A DNA stretch of 64,000 bases, from assembly GCA_965287045.1 (NCBI GenBank), contig OZ336870.1, positions 108,128,001-108,192,000 of the forward strand, read 5' to 3'. The first letter of the stretch is position 1, and every line of letters begins with the position of its first letter. Below the pieces are notes generated by a model. It had not been told where the DNA came from. It ran no database searches and saw only the letters and a program-made list of their open reading frames with translations. The position numbers were made by a program, and so were the translations under genes. Source of the stretch: Carcharhinus amblyrhynchos (Eukaryota). Positions 49,385-62,322 of this stretch are shown piece by piece.

Positions 49385-51970
49385 ATTTTGCTCCTGACCT
49401 TATTACAGCTTTGGTCTAACCATGGACAAAAGAGCTGAACTCCAGAGGTAAGGTGAGTTGAGAATGACTGTCCTTGACATCATGGCAGCATTTGACTGGA
49501 TGCGAGTCCTAGCAAAACTGCAATCAATGGGAATTGGGGGAAAACCCTCCAATGTTGAAGATTGAAAAGCGGCTAATGTTACGCCGTTGTTTAAGAAGGG
49601 TGGCAGGCAAAAGGCAGGGAATTATAGGCCGGTTAGTTTAACGTCTGTTGTAGGTAAAATGTTAGAATCCGTCATCAAGGAGGAAATAGCAAGGCATCTT
49701 GAGGGCAATTGCTTGATAGAGCAGACGCAGCACGGTTTCGTTAAGGGGAAGTCGTGTCTGACAAATTTACTGGAGTTCTATGAGGGTGTGTCTAGGGCGG
49801 TGGATAGAGGAGAGCAGGTGGATGTGGTCTTTCTTGATTTTCAGAAGGCGTTTGACAAGGTACCTCACAAGAGGTTATTGCAGAAGGTCAGGGGACATGG
49901 AGTTGGGGGTAGGGTGTTAGCGTGGATAGAGGATTGGTTGTCAAATAGGAGGCAGAGAGTGGGGGTTAATGGGTGCTATTCGGATTGGCGGTTGGTGACT
50001 AGTGGAGTGCCCCAGGGGTCGGTGCTGGGGCCTCAGCTATTTACCATTTATATAGATGATCTGGAGGAGGGAACCGAGTGTATGGTGTCGAAATTTGCTG
50101 ATGACACCAAGATTGGTGGAAAGGCAAATTGCGCGGAGGGTGTGGAGAGTCTGCAGAAGGATCTAGATAGGCTGGGCGAATGGGCCAGGAACTGGCAAAT
50201 GGAATTTAATGTTGGTAAGTGCGAGGTGGTCCACTTTTGTAGGAATAATGGTAGGAAGGACTATTACTTACGTGGCGAAAAACTGCAGCAGGCGACGGTG
50301 CAGAGGGACCTCGGGGTCCTTGTGCCTGAGTCGCAAAAACCCAGCCTGCAGGTGCAGCAGGTGGTCAGGAAGGCGAATGGGATGCTGGCCTTCATAGCGA
50401 GGGGGATTGAATATAAAAGTATGGAGGTCTTGCTGCGGCTGTATAGGACATTGGTGAGGCCGCAGCTGGAGTACTGTGTGCAGTTTTGGTCGCCGTACTT
50501 ACGCAAGGATATTTTGGCCTTGGAGGGAGTGCAGAGGAGGTTTACTAGGTTGATACCGGAGTTGAGGGGGTTGAGCTATGAGGAGAGGCTGAATAAACTA
50601 GGCTTGTACTCGTTAGAGTTTAGAAGAATGAGGGGAGATCTCATTGAGACATACAAGATGATGAATGGGACGGATAGGATAGAGGTGGAGAGACTCTTCT
50701 CGCTCAGAAAGGACAGTAGGACTAGGGGGCACAGCCTCAAGATAAAGGGGGGACAGTTTAGAACGGAGTTGAGGAGGAACTTCTTCACTCAAAGGGTGGT
50801 GAATCTCTGGAATTCTCTGCCCGTTGAGGTGGTGGAGGCTGCCTCGCTAAATATTTTTAAGACGCAGGTTGATGGGTTTTTGATAAGCGAGGGGATTAAG
50901 GGTTATGGGGAGAGGGCGGGAATGTGGGACTGAGCCACGACAGATCAGCCATGATTTTATTGAATGGTGGGGCAGGCTCGAAGGGCTAGATGGCCTACTC
51001 CTGCTCCTATTTCTTATGTTCTTATGTTATGTTTGGATTCATACCTGACACAAAGGAAGATAGCTGTGGTTATTGGAGGTCAATCATCTCAGTCCCAGGA
51101 CATTGCTGCAGGAGTTCCTGAGGATAATGTCCTACACCCAAACATCTTCAGCTGCTTCATCAAAGACATTCCTTCCATCATAAGCTCATTCATGGTTAAA
51201 AGGAAAAAGTGAGGACGTTCAGCATTGTTTGCATCTCCGTCAGACACTGAAGCAGTTCAAATGCAGCAAAACCTGGACAATACCCAGGCTTGGGCTGACA
51301 AATGGCAAGCAACATTCACGCCAAATGTACCGTGAAATGACCATTTCTAAGAAAAAGAGGATCTAAACATATTCTCTTGATATTCAATAGCATTATTATC
51401 ACTGAATCCCCCCACTATCAACAACTAAAGTTACCATAGACCTGAAACTGGACTAGCCATATAAATATTGCAGCAGTGAGTAACTCGCCTACTGACTTCC
51501 CAAATCCTGTTCACCATCTACAAGCCACAAGTCAGGAGTATCATGGAACATCCTCCAATTGCCGAGATGAGTGCAGGTACAGCAATGCTCAAGAAGCTCA
51601 ACACCTTCCAGGGCAAAGTAGCCCACTTGATTGGCATACCCCTCACCACCAATGCACGTCGACAGCAGTGTGTACCATCTACAAAATGCACTGCAGTAAC
51701 TCACCAAGGCTCCTTCGATTATACTCATGACTTCCACCAAGCATAGCAGATGCACGACAGCACCACCCAAAGCAAGTCACACACCACCCAAACGTGCAAG
51801 TATATCCCCGTCCTTCCTGAAACTCCATTCTTACTGTGGATGTATCTACACCACATGGACTGCAGTGGCTCAATAAGATGGTTCATCCCCACCTAAAGGG
51901 AAATTCGGGATGGATAACAAATGCTGACCTTGGCAGTGATGCTCACATCCCATGAAAGAATAAAAAAAGA
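49385..51970 (+). mobile_element. Older CR1/L2-group LINE fragment (family of 22808-24298), split by a young CR1
   Basis: PDLITALV..WTKELNSRG..LQSMGIGGK before the insertion; LDSYLTQRKIAVVIGGQSSQ..AGVP after it; tail ends gaataaaaaaa. Confidence 0.75.
49557..51028 (+). mobile_element. Young 5'-truncated CR1 LINE (448-aa open RT frame)
   Basis: Near-identical to 41440-42916; TTCTTATG tail. Confidence 0.92.
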
Positions 51971-52152
51971 GGATCGGAATTGTGGGACAGGGGTTTGTAG
52001 TAAAAGGAAAGCTAGGGGTTACCAATCACTGTCAAGGAGTTAATGACTGAAGTATGTAGCCAGCAAACCAATTTTTTGGAAAACTGGGAAGTGGTGAGAC
52101 TAGTGATTGATGCACAAGATCAGCACTGAGTCAGCCCTCGAAAGGTATGAAA

Positions 52153-53495
52153 ATAAGAACATAAGAAATAGGAGCAGGAGTAGGCCATCTAGCCCTTCGA
52201 GCCTGCCCTGCCATTCAATAAGATCATGGCTGATCTGAAGGTTATCAGTTCCACTTGCCCGCTTTCTCCCCATAACCCTTAATTCCCTTATCTATCAGAA
52301 ATCTATCTACCCATGACTTAAATATGTTCTATGAGGTAGCCTCCACCACTTCAATGGGCAGATAATTCCAGAGATTCACCACCCTTTGAGTGAAGAAGAG
52401 CCTCCTCAACTCCGTTCTAACGTGTCCCCCCTTTATTTTGAGGCTGTGCCCTCTAGTTCTGATATCCTTTCTAAGCAGGAAGAATCTCTCTACCTCTACC
52501 ATATCCATTCCCTTCATTATCTTGTAAGTCTCTATAAGATCCCCCCTCAGCCTTCTAAACTCTAACGAGTACAGACCTAGTCTATTCAATCTCTCTTCAT
52601 AGGCTAACCTCCTCATCTCCGGTATCAGCCTGGTGAACCTTGTCTGTACTCCCTCCAAGGCCAATATATCCTTTTGCAAGTGCGGCGACGAAAACTGCAC
52701 ACAATACTCCAGCTGCGGCCTCACCAGTACCTTGTACAGTTGCAGCAAGACCTCCCTACTTTTATATTCTATCCCCCTCGCTATGAAGGCCAACATTCCA
52801 TTCACCTTCTTGACCACCTGCTGCACCTGCAGACTGGGTTTTTGCGATTCGTGCACAAGGACCCCCAGGTCCCTCTGCACTGTAGCATGCTGCAGCTTTT
52901 TGCCCTTTAAAGAATAATCCCTATTATTATTTCTACCAAAGTGGATAACCTCACATTTGCTAACATTATGCTCCATCTGCCAGGTCCTCGCCCACTCAGC
53001 CTATCTAGATCCCTCTGCAGACTTTCCACACCCTCCACGCAATTTGTTTTTCCACTCATCTTCAGCAGCAAATTTCGTCACCCTACACTCAGCCCCCTCC
53101 TCCAGATCACCTATATAAATCGTAAATAGCTGAGGCCCCAGCACTGATCCCTGCGGCACTCCACTAGTCCCCAACCGCCAATCAGAATAGCACCCATTGA
53201 TACCAACTCTCTGCCTCCTATTAGACAACCAATCCTCAATCCACGCTAACACCTTACCCCCAACTCCATGCACCCTCACCTTTTGCAGCAACCTTTTATG
53301 TGGCACCTTATCGAATGCCTTCTGGAAATCTAAAAACACCACATCCACCGGTTCCCCTCTGTCTACCGCACTAGTCACATCCTCATAGAAATCTAATAAA
53401 TTCAATAAACACAACTTCCCCTTAACAAATCCGTGCTGCGTCTGCTTGATCAAACCGTTCTTTTCTAGGTGTCTTGCTATTTCTTCTTTGATGAA
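52153..53495 (-). mobile_element. CR1 LINE 3' portion, related subfamily, with frameshifts
   Basis: ORFs 53001-53576 and 52329-52976 match the young CR1 RT; tail ataagaacataagaaatagg. Confidence 0.9.
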
Positions 53496-53883
53496 AATAG
53501 CCGAATAAAGATCAGAACTCGATACACAAATGTTGTTTCCAGGTTGCCAATGTATCATCATTGCTTTTAGTAACACTGAGACAGATTTTGCAGTAAATAT
53601 GGCAATGAGAAAATCACATTGGAAATCAGGCAGACACTTCTAGCAGGTGCACACCAGTCACATGCTGTGAGAATCGAGAAATTGTTCAAGAAGTTCCACT
53701 CCCTTTACCTTTTATTCCGTAACATCTTTGGTATTTAATCCAACCATCCCCCCCAACCTATAATCTATATCTGCAAAGCTTGCTCATTTACACTTTGCTT
53801 TTCTACCTTTGCCCAAGAAATGGGTATTATGTCTTAAAATGGATCTTAAAACTCATATCTATTTTCAGGTAGAATTTTGAGAG

Positions 53884-54141
53884 TTTTTTTTTGTTTTTAT
53901 TCCAATTCAATCAAATCAAGCCCAATTCAGAGTCCCAACAAGTTGGGACATTCCCAATCCAAGCTGACAAGACAGGTCTCTCACCTCCAGTCTTGGGCTT
54001 GATCTACATGATCTAAGCTGATTGCAGTAGACATAGCTCCTAAGAAATAGGAAATAGGAGCAGGAGTAGGCCATCTGGCCCTTTGAGCCTGCTCCAAGGC
54101 TTGATCTCATTTGCATCTTAGCCAAAAGACCAAGATGCCGC
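53884..54141 (-). mobile_element. Candidate U2 snRNA-headed short retroelement (SINEU-like) with AATAAA and A-tail
   Basis: Minus strand TCTTGGTCTTTTGGCTAAGAT (54135-54115) versus U2 TCTCGGCCTTTTGGCTAAGAT; ends GGAATAAAAACAAAAAAAAA; carries a CR1-tail insert at about 54041-54095. Confidence 0.55.
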
Positions 54142-54249
54142 TTTTAAAAACTGCTTCAAACGATGCTAAAATGTAACCTAATGACTTCAACCAAGCACAG
54201 CATGTCGATACTGCACTTGATGTTGAAACTTATCACATTTTAATCTCTC

Positions 54250-54380
54250 TCCAGTTCTGAAGGGCCACATTGAACTCAGGATGTTAATTATTTCTCCCTT
54301 TCCACAATTGCTGCTGACCTGCTGAGTTTTTCCAGTTCTGTTTTATTTCAGGTCTCCAGCATCCGCAGAATTTTGCTTTC
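54250..54380 (+). mobile_element. Degenerate Penelope-like 3' end
   Basis: ttctgaagggcc...tgctgctgacctgctgagtttttccag...ttcaggtctccagcatccgcag motif shared with 47700-47800 and 33865-34050. Confidence 0.5.
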
Positions 54381-55079
54381 AAAAAATAACACAGGTGCGC
54401 TTGGTGAGGGGACAGATAATTGCACTGTGAAAGAGCAGTACTGAATCGCACAGACTAACAGCATTTCATCATGTGTTGCTGTGTTAACTGAGCCCAAATG
54501 ATGGGGAAATTGATCGAAGTATAATCGCAAAAAGCTTCACTAACTCTGATCACTGCCAAGTGAACCCTTATGGAAGGGTGCGTGTGTGTGAATATCAGTC
54601 AAAGATAGGATGGGGCTGAGCTCTGTTATCCACTGACGCGATCCAACTTCACAAATAAAGAATGGCTGCTGGATGAGATCTGAAAGGTTGTCAGCATAAG
54701 GAGGGGGAAAAAGGGGAACAGATCTGACATACAATACACAATTTTGCCTTTTTATGGATTAGCTTTTTGGAAGTGCACTCAATGATGAAAGGACCAGACT
54801 GCATTTTAATCCTGTGTTAAATAAAGGCAATCCAGTCGTATAGTCAGTTATTCAACTCAAATAAAACAAATATACAGGACCAGCTAAGAATCATGGAGTT
54901 AGGCTGATTTGGCCAACTTTGCAGGCACACGGAGGGAATAATTCAGAGCACTGCACACAACTGCTGGTTGGGGCATTGGTAGAACATTCAGTTGATATGT
55001 GACATCAGTATGTTGGGAAAATCCAGCACTGTCTGTAACCAGGCACAATGCAGCACCATCTTTAAACCACCACAATCTG

Positions 55080-56005
55080 GCTCTACCTGGGCCTTCTCTG
55101 GTTTAACAAGAGCATCCCCAGACTCTCCACAAGATCAAAGTCCCTCATTCCTGCTGCCAGGCCTGTAAATTTCCTTTGCATCCTCTTGAGCACCTTTTCA
55201 ATGATGGCTAGCCCAGGGTTGAACACAATATTCTACCTGAGGCCTAAATGGCATTTTATGAAGTCTCGGAATAACTTCTTTGAATTTCTACTTTACACAT
55301 CCAACAACATAGTTAACAGCCATCTCAACTTATCCTACCACCTTCAAACATGAATGGACACACACCTCCAGACTCCTCTGCTCCTGCACTGCCATTAAAA
55401 TTGTACCATCTAGTTTATATTGCCTCTCCTCACAATGAATGAGATTCCCAATTTGGTGTCAACTAGGACCTCTTTGAACTGTGGAGTCAAAGGATAGTTA
55501 AAACACAGAAAGAAGCCATTTGGCTCATTGTATCTGTGCAGGTTCTTTGCAAGAACAATTCACCTAGTCCCACTCCAGCTATTTTTTCCACTTCCTTGCA
55601 AATGTTTTCTCCTCAGATAATTATCCAGTTCTTTTTCTGAATGCCCCAGTTGAACCTGCCTCCATCACGCACACAGGCAGTGTGTTCTAAGTCCTAACAA
55701 CTCACGGTGTAAAAAACTTATTTCCTCATGTTGCCATTGATTTTTTTTACAATCACCTTAAATCAGTGTCCTCTGGTTCCTGCTGCTTCCACCAAACAAC
55801 ATCAGTTTCTCCTTATCCACTCTGCTTGGATTCCTCATAATTTTGAATACCTCAATCAAATCTTTTCTCTTAGTCTTCACTTCTTTAAGGAGAATAATTA
55901 TAGCTTCTCCAATCCATCCTTGTAACTGAAATCGCTTATCCCTGAAACCATTGTGATCAATCTTTTCTGCTCTATGATGTCTTCATATCCTTCTTGAAGT
56001 GTGAT
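55080..56005 (-). mobile_element. Old CR1 fragments
   Basis: Degenerate reverse-strand CR1 RT C-terminal and tail motifs. Confidence 0.55.
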
Positions 56006-56399
56006 GCTGTAGTTGAGTCAACTATATTATTTTGAGTTTGTCCACATTTATTTTGTCTGGTTTTCTCATAAGCACCAGGGAGATTTCTATCTGGTTTGAA
56101 ATCAAGCTCAGGCTCCACTGTCTAATCAAGGTAATCCTCTCCCACACACCCATTACTCATGTTTATATGAATTATTAGGCCAGGGTAAGTATTAATTGTA
56201 ATTGTTCATCAAGTAGGAGGAGGGGTTCAGAGAACATTATTCATTTTCTGAACATTAAGTCTCTCTAATAAAGAATAAACATTAAAAACGATAGCCTATT
56301 TCTGGACAGCAAATGGTGCTGGTAAATGTGTTAGGAATGTTTTACATAATAATGGTGTTATATTCACATAGGAAACAAAACACACAACCAACTGCCGAC

Positions 56400-58184
56400 A
56401 CACATCATTTTTATTGTCTGCAGCAGTTAAGTGGTTTTACAAGCTTCAATGTCATGATTTCTGTCTGAAAACGCATCTCACCAAAACATGTGACTGTGAG
56501 AAGTACAGCAAACTCTTTCTTATTTATTTCACATACCATACAACTGGCTGATTTGAGAGAAGCCATGCAGTGTGTTTCACATCACTGTCTGGACAAAGAC
56601 TCAGAATGGCTATGGGGGAACGTATTGAATGAGTCCAGCTGGGACCATAGCCAAGTCGTGATTGAACCCTGAAAAGTCATCACTCTCTGAATTTTAAAAA
56701 AACATGTTGGCATTACAATCAGGAATGAGCAATTATCCATACAGCAACATATCGTCAGATGCAGCAACAAAGCTTTAAAAAAACTAATACCCAGGACTGA
56801 CACAGGCTGAGAAATGAACACTCTTAGCACATCTGCTATGTCAGTGACTATTATGTAGGAAGTTAGTATTATGTACAGTGGTTTACAAGCATCCCAATAC
56901 ACTGAGAAATCAGAATATAAAAAATGAGTATTTTAAAAGGAGAGAACAAAAGACAGCATTAGAAAATCTGTTATTACTAACTGAATCAACACATTAGCAA
57001 ACCCACGAAAATAGAGCTCTGTGGGTGGAGCTGTGCACATCTGCACTGTAAACTGCATTCCCAATACTACAATTAACATCACATTACGCACACAGGGATG
57101 GGAACACTCTTGAAACAGGTGAGCTTGGATCACGTGGTGTGCTTATTGTAATTTCCTTCATCCACGGAGAATACTTCTGCGACAAACACGTTCCACTTGC
57201 TCCACAGACCTCAGTCATCTAGATTGTGTTTTCAATCAAGTCCAACCTAGACATAAATTTTGGGACCCTGGAAGAGCTCCTGCCTTCTGGCAATGGGCAC
57301 CCATGCTGGATAGTCTTCAGTGGCCATCGAAGTCAACCAGCTGTAAGAAGGGCGAGCACTCAGTGGCTTGTTTTGGTTGTGGGGGGTGTGCCATGTCTAA
57401 CATCTAATTGCCAAATGTTACGACATAATGCATTTATATAGAAATTTAAGTTTATAAACATCATTTGAACAACTGATAGTTTGAACTGGATTTCATGATG
57501 TGAAAATTGAGCATCACCCAACATTAGTTGGAAAGTATTGGTCAGTTGTCCGTGTGTACCATTCTGAAATGCTTCTCCAAACTGCAGCTTTCTCTCTGTT
57601 CTTGGTGGTCCTAAGTCCTTCATTGTTAATTTAAAAAAAGACAAAACTTTTGAAGATTGTAATCACTTTGTGTGACTATAGGTCGCTTCCTTTCATCCAA
57701 AAGTTATTTTCTTACAAAATTAGATTTTCTTTTCCCTACGCAATAAAGTAGAACCATAAAAGGTTAGCGTATGTACAGAAACTTACACTTCAAAATTATA
57801 AATAGTAGTAATTCACTTGATGTTATTGGGAAGGCTACAAAATGCTTTCTTTTTGTTTTTAAAATAAGTTGCAAGCAGGGACTTTTTATTGTGCTGTTCT
57901 CCTTGGTCAGGGTTTTAAAAAGTATCTTTAATGTCACTCTTGAAACGATGCTTGAGATGCCCCACAGGCATTTTCAAGTTTTGTGCTGTTGCAGACTTAC
58001 CTATACTGAGTTCCCAATAGAAGCATCTTCTGTCTAAACAATGCTAGCCATTGTTCCTTTAAAACCTAGAATTTGATAGCAATTTAAATATGCCGTTTTC
58101 TTCATCCAGAATCGTCCTTGTTCTTGTTCGCTGAGTGATTTAGGGTTAAAACCTGATTAAAAATTCTTACGTTTTTCCTTTTTT
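56400..58184 (-). other. Probable SHROOM3 3'UTR
   Basis: Repeat-free AT-rich sequence downstream of the stop, with minus-strand AATAAA candidates near 57885, 56520 and 56410. The true end is unknown. Confidence 0.5.
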
Positions 58185-58523
58185 TTAAAGTGAAGAGGTA
58201 AATTTTGTTTGCGAGGCGGCAGGCTCTGGGTGGCTGGCAGGTGAGTGAGCCGTCCTTTGTGATACAAAGTCAGCAGGCAGGCTCTCCAACAAACACTTCA
58301 GCTGCTCCTCACCCAGCTTGATCTTGTCGTCCAGCTCCCGCTGCTCCAGCAGCAGAGCTGCCTTCATCCTCACAAAGTGCTGGTAGTCTTGGAATTGCTC
58401 CTCTGTCAAGTAGTTCTCCAGGATGTCCAGGACCACACGTGCCCTGCGATCCAGATTCTCCTTCAGTTCCTTGGCATCCTCGTGTTGGCTAGTCAGAAGT
58501 CTCCGCTTCTCATTCAACAGATT
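58185..58523 (-). CDS. SHROOM3: SHROOM3 last coding exon (end of ASD2 and C-terminus ...FTSSL*)
   Basis: TTTCAG acceptor; NLLNEKRR...[19 protein letters not shown]...[37 protein letters not shown]; TAA stop; in frame with the previous exon. Confidence 0.92.
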   Translation of the reverse strand, partial: NLLNEKRRLLTSQHEDAKELKENLDRRARVVLDILENYLTEEQFQDYQHFVRMKAALLLEQRELDDKIKLGEEQLKCLLESLPADFVSQRTAHSPASHPEPAASQTKFTSSL

Positions 58524-58559
58524 CTGAAACATAAAATGCACAACTTTTCAGTTAACTCT

Positions 58560-58853
58560 ATGCTACTTAAATCCCACAGTGCAGAAGGAGGGCATTCGAC
58601 CCACTGAGTCTGCACCAACCACTATCCCACCCAGGCCCAATCCCCATAACCCCATGCATTTACCCTAGCTGGTCCCCCTCACACTAAGGGGTAATTTAGC
58701 ATGGCCAATCTACCTAATCCTGCACATCTCTGGACTGTGGGAGGAAACCGGAGCATCAGAAGGGAACCCATGCCATTACAGGGAGAATGTGCAAACTCCA
58801 CACAGTGACCCAAGCCAGGAATTGAACCCGGATCCCTAGCACTGTGAGGCATC
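58560..58853 (-). repeat. V-SINE with its head interrupted by CR1
   Basis: ...actgtgaggcatcag|CR1|cacttgccac reconstructs the SINE head. Confidence 0.8.
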
Positions 58854-59759
58854 AGGCAAATTGTGCGGAGGGTGTGGAGAGTCTGCAGAAGGATCTAGAT
58901 AGGCTGGGCGAATGGGCCAGGAAATGGCAAATGGAATTTAATGTTGGCAAGTGTGAGGTGGTCCACTTTGGTAGGAAGAATGGTAGGAAGGACTATTACT
59001 TACGTGGCGAAAAACTGCAGCAGGCGACGGTGCAGAGGGACCTCGGGGTCCTTGTGCATGAGTCGCAAAAACCCAGCTTGCAGGTGCAGCAGGTGGTCAG
59101 GAAGGCGAATGGGATGCTGGCCTTCATAGCGAGGGGGATTGAATATAAAAGTAGGGAGGTCTTGCTGCAGCTGTATAGGGCATTGGTGAGGCCGCAGCTG
59201 GAGTACTGTGTGCAGTTTTGGGCGCCGCACCTGTGCAAGGATATTTTGGCCCTGGAGGGAGTGCAGAGGAGGTTTACTAGGCTGATACCGGAGTTGAGGG
59301 GGTTGAGCTATGAGGAGAGGCTGAATAAACTAGGCTTGTACTCGTTAGAGTTTAGAAGAATGAGGGGAGATCTCATTGAGACGTATAAGATGATGAATGG
59401 GATGGATAGGATAGAGGTGGAGAGACTCTTCCCGCTCAAAAAAGACAGTAGGACTAGGGGGCACAGCCTCAAGATAAAGGGGAGGCGGTTTAGAACGGAG
59501 TTGAGGAGGAACTTCTTCACTCAAAGGGTGGTGAATCTCTAGAATTCTCTGCCCGTTGAAGTGGTGGAGGCTGCCTCGCTAAATATTTTTAAGAAGCGGG
59601 TTGATGGGTTTTTGATAAGAGAGGGGATTAAGGGTTATGGGGAGAGGGCGGGAAAGTGGAACTGAGCCACAACAGATCAGCCATGATCTTATTGAATGGC
59701 GGGGCAGGCTCGAAGGGCTAGATGGCCTACTCCTGCTCCTATTTCTTATGTTCTTATGT
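58854..59759 (+). mobile_element. Young 5'-truncated CR1 LINE inserted in the head of a SINE (SHROOM3 last intron)
   Basis: Almost identical to 42005-42910; TGG>TAG nonsense change at 59540-59542. Confidence 0.92.
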
Positions 59760-60007
59760 CACTTGCCACATTTAACGTGAAAACTTTTGAGGAGAAATCA
59801 GAAAGCAACGAGGTCCAAGCAGCCCATACTTTTCATCCCCTTGTGCCCAGTTTACTGCCCTCCCCTTCATTCACTGGGATACAGAACCTTGGGGCTCACT
59901 TACTTGGTCTCGAGTAGCTGATCAACGTGGTCACTGTTTGAGTGCCAGTGACTATGAGAAGACATCACAGCCAATCCCAAGATAATGATCAACCAACAGC
60001 CACATAC

Positions 60008-60245
60008 TGCATGGTGGCACAGTGGTTAGCACTGCTGCCTCACAGCGCCAGGAACCCAGGTTCAATTCCTAGCTTTGGTCACTGTCTATATAGAGTCTGC
60101 ACATTCTCCCGTGTTCCCGATTAGATACATTCTTAGCTGAATTCTCCCTCAGTGTAACTGAACGGGAGTGTGGCAACTAGGGGATTTTCACAGTAACTTC
60201 ATTGCAATGTTAATATAAGCCTATTTGCGACTAATAATTAACATA
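60008..60245 (+). repeat. V-SINE variant, internally deleted
   Basis: gtggcacagtggttagcactgctgcctcacagcgccagg head and tail. Confidence 0.8.
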
Positions 60246-60889
60246 TAAACATATTTATAATAGAACGGTGATATGGAGCACTAAATCCGCTTATTTTTCT
60301 CGTCCCTAATCTAGGGATGTTGAAACTAACGCTAATATATTATGTGCTGTCTTAATTGAAATGAGCTGAATTGGGGATCTAACTTGTGACCTTTCTGGCC
60401 TGTGTGTCTCAGTTACTGCTTTTCCTCTCACCATTTTCTTCAATACTTTTGTTTCATAAAAACTGTCCCCAAAGTTGGCTGATATTAACACCACTTTGAC
60501 GCATTTCTTTAGCTTCGAGATGCAAAATTCCCTGAATGGTTCATTCATCCAAATGGGTTTTGAAGAAGAGAGCCACAGTGGACAGGTTCCTTATTACCCA
60601 CAGTTCTCATAGGTTGGTTCCTATTTCATTCATATTTGGGTGTGTATCTAGGGTCCATTAATTCCAAACTGACTGGTAGGTGATATTTCTCAAAAAACAG
60701 GAAAACTGACTGTCTCCCATTTTGTCTCACCCTTTTTGTCAACTGCACTGAAACATCAGTATTAGAAGTTACTGAGTATCAGTGCTCAGGAATGACCTGG
60801 GTTCATTTCCTAAGTTGTGTTAAATTATCCAGTAAAGAAAGATTCCATCAGTAATACAGGGCTATTATATTAGTATCGTATTATCGTAT

Positions 60890-61692
60890 CACAAATGTGA
60901 GGTAATGCATTTTGGAAAGTCTAATACAGATAGGAAATATACAGTAAATGGCAGAATCGTTAGGAGTATTGACAGGCAGAGGGATCTGGGTGTACACACA
61001 CACAGGTCACTGAAAGTGGCAATGCAGGTGGAGAAGGTAGTCAAGAAGGCATACGGCATGCTTGTCTTCATTGGCTGGGGCACTGAGTTTAAAAATTGGA
61101 AAGTCACGTTGCAGCTTCACAGAATGTTAGTGGGGCTGCACTTGGAATATAGTGTTCAACTCTGGTGGCTACATTACCATAAAGATGTGGGGGCTTTGGA
61201 GAGGGTAAACAGAAGATTTACCAGGATGTTGCCTGGTATGGAGGACATTAGCTATGAGGAGAGGTTGGAGAAACTTGGTTTGTTCTCACTGGAATGACTC
61301 AGGTTAAGGGGCAATCTGATAGAAGTCTACAGGATTATGAGAGGCATGGACAGAGTGGATAGTCTGGGTGGCTTTTTCCCAGGGTGGAAGAATCAATTAC
61401 TAGGGGGCACAGATTTAAGGTGCGAGGGGCAAAGTTTAAAGGAGATGTACGAGGCAAGTTTTTCTTTAAACAGAGGATGGTGGATGCCTGGAATTTGCTG
61501 CCGGGGAGGTAGTCGAAGCAAATATGATAGTGAGTTTTCAGGGGCATCTGGACAAATACATGAATAGAATGGGAATAGAGGGATATGGTCCCCAGAGCAA
61601 TAGGGATTTTTAGTTAAGTCGGGCAGCATGGTTGGTGCAGGCTTGGAGGGCTGAAGGGCCTGTTCCTGTGCTGTAATTTTCTTTGTTCTTTA
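60890..61692 (+). mobile_element. CR1 3' fragment
   Basis: KCEVMHFGKSN, RDLGV, ERVNRRFTRMLPGM motifs and tail. Confidence 0.85.
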
Positions 61693-61845
61693 GTATCTTT
61701 AAAACAGCACTTCATTATGAGTTGTGGGTTCCTTGTAATCTTTACAGTCCAGTCTTGCATTAAAACAGCATCAACTTCCAGCTCATGAGGGAAACATACC
61801 ATCAGTGGCCATATTGATTAGTTACCCGAGGCCTAGTAAGTGAAT

Positions 61846-62152
61846 GGGTGCAGCACAGTGGCACAGTGGTTAGCCCTGCTGCCTCTCAGCGCCAGGCACC
61901 CAGGTTCGATTCCGGCTTGGGTCACTGTGTAGAGTCTGCATGTTCTCCCCGTGTCTGCGTGGATTTCCTCTGGGTGCTCTCGTTTCCTCCCACAGTCTGA
62001 AAGATGTGCTGGTTAGGTGCATTGGCCATGCTAAATTCTCCCTCAGCGTACCCAAACAGGTGTCGGAGTGTGGTGACTCAGGGATTTTCACAGTAAATTC
62101 ATTGTGGTGTTAATGTGAGCTTACTTATGAGTAATAATAAAAAAAATTAAAC
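61846..62152 (+). repeat. V-SINE variant
   Basis: A/B boxes, V domain, tail. Confidence 0.85.
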
Positions 62153-62322
62153 TTTACTTCTTCCCTCCACTGAAGACCACAATCATTTCAACAACTACCC
62201 TGAGACAGAAATATTAGCCCTCCTATATGTTACAAGTTCTAAATGATAAGAACCAAAGCCTCCCTCTGTTGATTACATAATATGAAATCAAACCAAAAGC
62301 AGCATGGGTTAAGATTACGTAC

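Noticed and set aside
54100-54141. Functional U2 snRNA gene
   Set aside because: Only about the first 40 nt resemble U2; there is no Sm site or 3' stem-loops, and unrelated body sequence and an A tail follow.
60008-60075. tRNA genes at A/B-box motifs (here and at similar sites)
   Set aside because: All continue into V-SINE or other SINE bodies, so they are SINE heads rather than tRNA genes.
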